NCBI GenBank assembly: GCA_041497675.1
Contig: JBGQGY010000062.1
Span: 1-21,162, forward strand
DNA from: a bacterium
GTDB lineage: Bacteria > Sysuimicrobiota > Sysuimicrobiia > Sysuimicrobiales > Humicultoraceae
Direction: 5' to 3'
DNA length: 21,162 bases
Every line of letters starts with the position of its first letter. The stretch's first letter is position 1. Shown in pieces: positions 17,364 to 21,162 of this stretch. The notes under the pieces were generated by a model. That model made no database searches. It worked only from the letters and a program-made list of their open reading frames with translations, and was not told the origin of the DNA. A program made the translations under genes and the position numbers.

Positions 17364-18572
17364 TTATCTCGTCAGCGTTCTCGCGAGCCCAAAGATCGGT
17401 AGATAGAGCGCCAGCAGCACGCCCGCTACCAGCGCACCCAGCACCAGCGTCAGCGCCGGCTCGGCAAGTGTCACGAGCCGCTTAATCGCGTGGTCGACGT
17501 CCCGGTCGAGCAGGTCCGCCGCGCGTTGCAACATGGTATCGAGCCGTCCCGACTCTTCACCCAGGGCCACCATCCGCGGTACAAGCGGTGGGAACAGACT
17601 CAATGAACGCATGACCTCGCTCAACCGTCGGCCCCGGCTGACGCCGTCCCGCAGGTGTCCAACCGCTTCGTGGAGCCTCGGGTCGGCGAGCGCCTCGGTG
17701 GTCACGTTCAACGCGACCAGCACCGGCACACCGCTCGTGTACATGGCCCCAAACGTACGGACGAACCGGCTGACCTGGACAAAGCGTGCGACCGCGCCCA
17801 CCCTGGGAATGCGCCGCAACAGCCCCGCCGCTGTCTGGCGCACCACCTGCCACACGCGCGCCCGCCCGGCGCCCCAGACGGCAACGCCGGTGACGACGGC
17901 TCCCGGCAGCCAGAAGCGCCTGACCAGGTGGCTGATCTGGACCAGGATCTGCGTCGGCAGCGGCAACGCGGCGCCGGCGGATCGGTAGACGCGCTCGAAT
18001 GCCGGGACGACGAACACCACGAAGAGCCCGACCACGACCACCGACAGCGTGACCACGATGGCCGGGTAGACGAGCATAGACCGTACTTTCTGGTTGAGGG
18101 CGACTTCGCGCTCGAGATAGTCGTTCAGCCGCCGGAGCGCCTGGTCGAGCGACCCGGCTACCTCGCCGCTCCGCACGATCCCCAGATACAGGGGTGAGAA
18201 AATCGCGGGGTGGCGCGCCATGGCGCCCGACAGGCTGTGTCCCGACTGGATGGCGTCTTCCAGATCGCCAATGACGGCCCGCATTCGCGGGTGCTCCGTC
18301 TGCTCGCGCAGCACCTCGAGACCGCGCAGCAGCGGCACCCCGGCCTCCGTGAGGCCCGTGAGATGAAAGGTGAAATCTTCCACCGCTTCGAGTTCGACGC
18401 CGCTGCTGACCCAGGACCGGAGGAGACGGGGCCGTTGGGCTGCGAGCGAGGTGACAAACAGGCCGCGCTCGCGCAGCCGCGACCGGGCCCGGCTATCATC
18501 CTCGGCCTCGATGACACCGCGCACGGGCAGACCGCCGCCGTCCCGTCCCTTGAACTCGAACACCCGCATCAT
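17364..18572 (-). CDS. pilC: Type IV pilus / T2SS platform protein (PilC/GspF family)
   Basis: FEFKGRD..G N-terminus, AGVPLLRGL, SGEVAGSL, MLVYP, LPLPT, GEESGRL, LAEP, LYLPIF; ATG 18572 chosen. Confidence 0.93.
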   Translation of the reverse strand: MMRVFEFKGRDGGGLPVRGVIEAEDDSRARSRLRERGLFVTSLAAQRPRLLRSWVSSGVELEAVEDFTFHLTGLTEAGVPLLRGLEVLREQTEHPRMRAVIGDLEDAIQSGHSLSGAMARHPAIFSPLYLGIVRSGEVAGSLDQALRRLNDYLEREVALNQKVRSMLVYPAIVVTLSVVVVGLFVVFVVPAFERVYRSAGAALPLPTQILVQISHLVRRFWLPGAVVTGVAVWGAGRARVWQVVRQTAAGLLRRIPRVGAVARFVQVSRFVRTFGAMYTSGVPVLVALNVTTEALADPRLHEAVGHLRDGVSRGRRLSEVMRSLSLFPPLVPRMVALGEESGRLDTMLQRAADLLDRDVDHAIKRLVTLAEPALTLVLGALVAGVLLALYLPIFGLARTLTR

Positions 18573-18582
18573 GCGACGCGCC

Positions 18583-20490
18583 TCAGTCAAGCCCGGCGAA
18601 CACGACCCGCCGGACCTCGTCCAGACTCGTGGAGCCCTCCACGATCTTGGCGATCGCCGCGTCACGCATCAACTGCATGCCCGCCCGCGCGGCTTCGCCA
18701 CGGATGGCTCCGGCCGAGCGGCGCTGGAGGATCATCTCGCGGATGCCGTCGGTGATGCGCATGATCTCGAAGACGCCCGTGCGTCCCCGGTAGCCGATGC
18801 GGTTGCAGTCGGCGCACCCCTCGGGGACATACAGCGTCACGTCTGCGGACGGATCGAGGTTCATCTCGCGCAATTGCTCGGGGGACGCCCGGACCGGCCG
18901 CTTGCACGCCGCACAGAGCGTCCGAATCAGCCGCTGCCCGACAGCGGCCAGCAGGGTCGACGTAATGAGGAAGGGGTCGACGCCCATATCGATCAACCGC
19001 ACCACCGCGCCCGCGGCATCGTTGGTGTGGAGCGTGCTGAGCAGCAGGTGACCGGTGAGGGCGGCCTGCACCGCGATCTGCGCCGTCTCGGCGTCCCGCA
19101 CTTCGCCCACCATAACGATGTCCGGATCGTGGCGGATGATCGACCGCAAACCGGCGGCAAAGGACACCGCCATCTTTGAACGCACGGCAATCTGCGTGAT
19201 ACCCGGCAGGTGGTACTCCACCGGGTCCTCAATCGTCATGATGTTGCGTGACGTGTCGTTGATACGGCTGACGCACGAGTAGAGGGTCGTAGTCTTGCCA
19301 CACCCCGTGGGTCCGGTGACCAGGATCATGCCGTAGGGTCGGCCCATCAGCCGGTCGAGCTCGGCCTCCTGCTCTAACAGGAGGCCGAGACGCTCCAGAC
19401 CCAGCAGCACGCGGCTCTTGTCCAGGACGCGGATCGTCACCCGTTCGCCAAAGCTCGCGCCCACACTCGCCATGCGGAGATCGTGCTCGCGCCCGCCCGC
19501 TTCATAGAGGAGCCGGCCGTCCTGTGGCCGGACGCGCTCTGCGATGTCGAGACCGGCCAATGCCTTGAGACGAGAGGTGACGGCGGCGCCGACGCCGCGC
19601 GGCACACGGGTGCGTTCATGCAACAGCCCGTCCAGCCGGTAGCGGACGACGGTGCCGTCGGATTGTGGCTCGATATGGATGTCGGTCGCTCCCTCGCGCA
19701 CCGCGCCCTTGATGAGCGAGTCGACCAATCGCACCACTGGGGGATCGTGGGGCGAGTCGCTGGCCGATACCGCGGTCAGCTCGTCCTCGATCACGTCCAC
19801 AGTGCCGGCGGTGTCCACCGTAGCGCCCGCGGCCTCCGCCATGTCGAGGTGCGACACCAGCACCCAGGCGAAGTCCTGTTCGGTCGTAAAGAACGGCCGG
19901 ATCCGCGCCCGTAGCAGCGCGGCCAGATGATCGATGGCCACGACGTCGGTCGGATCGACCATCGCCACGTGGACCTCGCGGCCGACGCGTGCGAACGGCA
20001 CCACCCGATGCTCCATGATCACCGCCGGTGGGATGCTCCGCAGCAGCGTCTCATCGATGCGGGAGGTCGCCAGGTTGACATAGGCGGTACCCCGCTGCGT
20101 CTGGAGCGCCTCGCCCAGGGCCTGTTTGGTGATGAACCCGCGGCTGCTTAGAATCTGACCGAGACGTTCGCCGGTCTTGGCCTGTTCGGCCATCGCTTCT
20201 TCGAGTTGCACCGGGGTGATGAGCTCGCTTTCGATCAGCAGATCGCCAAGCCGCCTTTGTTTGGCGTTGTTCAGATAGGCGGGGTGAGATCCGTCCACCC
20301 GCCGCACCGCCGCGCCGGCGGTCACCAGATCTTCGAGCGCGGCCTGAACGGCTTCGAGCGGCACTTCGAGTCGGGTGGCGACGGAGTCTGCGGTGTGCGG
20401 CCCGGGTTGGTGGATCTGCAGATAGGCCTGTACCCGTCGACGCAACTGTCCGACGGGGTTGTCCGGCAGGGTCAGGCGGGCACCTGACAC
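18583..20490 (-). CDS. pilB: Type IV pilus assembly ATPase (PilB/GspE family) with N-terminal wHTH-like and MshEN domains
   Basis: ATDIHIEP, RPQDGR, Walker A GPTGCGKTT, TIEDPVEY, DPDIVMVGEVRD, His box TGHLLLSTLH, Zn motif CAAC...CADC, GYRGRTG; GAGGA RBS before GTG 20490. Confidence 0.95.
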   Translation of the reverse strand: MSGARLTLPDNPVGQLRRRVQAYLQIHQPGPHTADSVATRLEVPLEAVQAALEDLVTAGAAVRRVDGSHPAYLNNAKQRRLGDLLIESELITPVQLEEAMAEQAKTGERLGQILSSRGFITKQALGEALQTQRGTAYVNLATSRIDETLLRSIPPAVIMEHRVVPFARVGREVHVAMVDPTDVVAIDHLAALLRARIRPFFTTEQDFAWVLVSHLDMAEAAGATVDTAGTVDVIEDELTAVSASDSPHDPPVVRLVDSLIKGAVREGATDIHIEPQSDGTVVRYRLDGLLHERTRVPRGVGAAVTSRLKALAGLDIAERVRPQDGRLLYEAGGREHDLRMASVGASFGERVTIRVLDKSRVLLGLERLGLLLEQEAELDRLMGRPYGMILVTGPTGCGKTTTLYSCVSRINDTSRNIMTIEDPVEYHLPGITQIAVRSKMAVSFAAGLRSIIRHDPDIVMVGEVRDAETAQIAVQAALTGHLLLSTLHTNDAAGAVVRLIDMGVDPFLITSTLLAAVGQRLIRTLCAACKRPVRASPEQLREMNLDPSADVTLYVPEGCADCNRIGYRGRTGVFEIMRITDGIREMILQRRSAGAIRGEAARAGMQLMRDAAIAKIVEGSTSLDEVRRVVFAGLD

Positions 20491-20494
20491 GAGG

Positions 20495-20731
20495 CTATGG
20501 TCCTCTGCGACGCTTGCTGGCGGGACCCGCGCGCTGCGACCGCCGGGCTGATGGGTTGCCGGTGCCGTTGGACGTCAACCAGCGGTCGATGTGGTCTTTG
20601 TGGAAGCGCCAGACCCGTCCGATTCTCACCGCGGGCAGGCGGCCGCGGTGGATCATCCGATAAATCGTGATGTCGTGGACCCGCAGGTAGCGCGCCACGT
20701 CCTTGACGGTCATCATCGTTGCGAGTCGCAC
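20495..20731 (-). CDS. Excisionase-like / MerR-superfamily helix-turn-helix protein (HTH_17, BldC-like)
   Basis: MMTVKDVARYLRVHDITIYRMIHRGRLPAVRIGRVWRF..IDRWL with a basic tail; start uncertain (GTG 20731 with GGAG RBS; ATG 20746 or 20716 possible). Confidence 0.9.
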   Translation of the reverse strand: MRLATMMTVKDVARYLRVHDITIYRMIHRGRLPAVRIGRVWRFHKDHIDRWLTSNGTGNPSARRSQRAGPASKRRRGP

Positions 20732-20770
20732 GACGCCTGCTCCCATCGCCGTACCGGAATGATCCTGCAC

Positions 20771-20800
20771 AGACTGGTCTACCCAGTCCTACACTGTTCC
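20771..20800. promoter_or_regulatory. Putative operator: three imperfect 10-bp tandem repeats containing an inverted repeat
   Basis: AGACTGGTCT / ACCCAGTCCT / ACACTGTTCC; GACTGG-N5-CCAGTC at 20772-20788; directly upstream of the HTH gene. Confidence 0.45.
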
Positions 20801-20895
20801 AGACGCCGGTGTGCCCACGTGAACTCTCTTTAACAGCAGGCAACACACGAAGGAGCCGCGGAATCAGGCAGGCGCGCAGCGGTGGTGAGGAACAG

Positions 20896-21162
20896 TTAGG
20901 GAGGGGGGGCGAGTACAGTCAGGGCGCCGGGCCGCACGGTGTAGGTCGCCGGCAACCGGCCAATGGATTCTCCGTCGGCCTGGATGGCGAGCGGCGTCGC
21001 GCTCGTAATGCGCACCTCTCTGGCGCGCGCCTGGCGGACCTTCGGGTGTCCGAGGTGGCGCCCTGAGAAGACTTTGGGCAGGACCATCAAGGCCTCAAAC
21101 TTGGTGAGCGGCCCCGCGATGACGATATCGAAAATGCCGTCATCGGGCCGCGCGGCCGGCAC
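20896..21162 (-). CDS. Diacylglycerol kinase family lipid kinase (YegS/BmrU-like), 3' fragment, truncated by the window edge
   Basis: PAARPDDGIFDIV, FSGRHLGHPKV, IQADGE, VRPGAL are the DAGK accessory-domain motifs. Confidence 0.88.
   Translation of the reverse strand: MPAARPDDGIFDIVIAGPLTKFEALMVLPKVFSGRHLGHPKVRQARAREVRITSATPLAIQADGESIGRLPATYTVRPGALTVLAPPP

Noticed and set aside
20495..20770. Excisionase as evidence of a prophage or ICE
   Set aside because: No integrase, att repeats, tRNA or phage genes in the window; the gene is embedded in the pil operon
20811..20895. c-di-GMP riboswitch or intrinsic terminator between the DAG kinase gene and the pil operon
   Set aside because: No recognisable GEMM motif and no stem followed by a U-tract seen by eye; an Infernal/Rfam scan would be decisive

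Overview
High-GC bacterial chromosomal window with about 24 tightly packed genes in three blocks. (1) 3-6057: a minus-strand Liv-type ABC importer operon with an embedded long-chain acyl-CoA ligase (livG-like, acyl-CoA ligase, livH-like, livM-like; probably continues off the left edge), divergent from a PaaK-like CoA ligase. (2) 6152-14082: a plus-strand housekeeping run: lysA, M50 site-2 protease, scpA, scpB, D-Ala-D-Ala carboxypeptidase, SAM methyltransferase, BtuF-like binding protein, BtuD-like ATPase (no permease), cmk, plsC. (3) 14048-20731: a compact minus-strand type IV pilus / T2SS-like module, and the best candidate for an undescribed system. It comprises an excisionase/BldC-like HTH gene preceded by 10-bp phased repeats, a PilB ATPase with an extra N-terminal winged-helix-like domain ahead of a tandem MshEN (c-di-GMP) motif, PilC, a major pilin followed by a hairpin, and four minor pilins. 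One minor pilin has an EF-hand-like loop and another carries a ~310-aa DUF2341/lectin-like insert. The 3' part of a DAG-kinase-family gene closes the window. No CRISPR array, rRNA, tRNA or mobile element was seen. All family calls come from motif recognition by eye, not from database searches.
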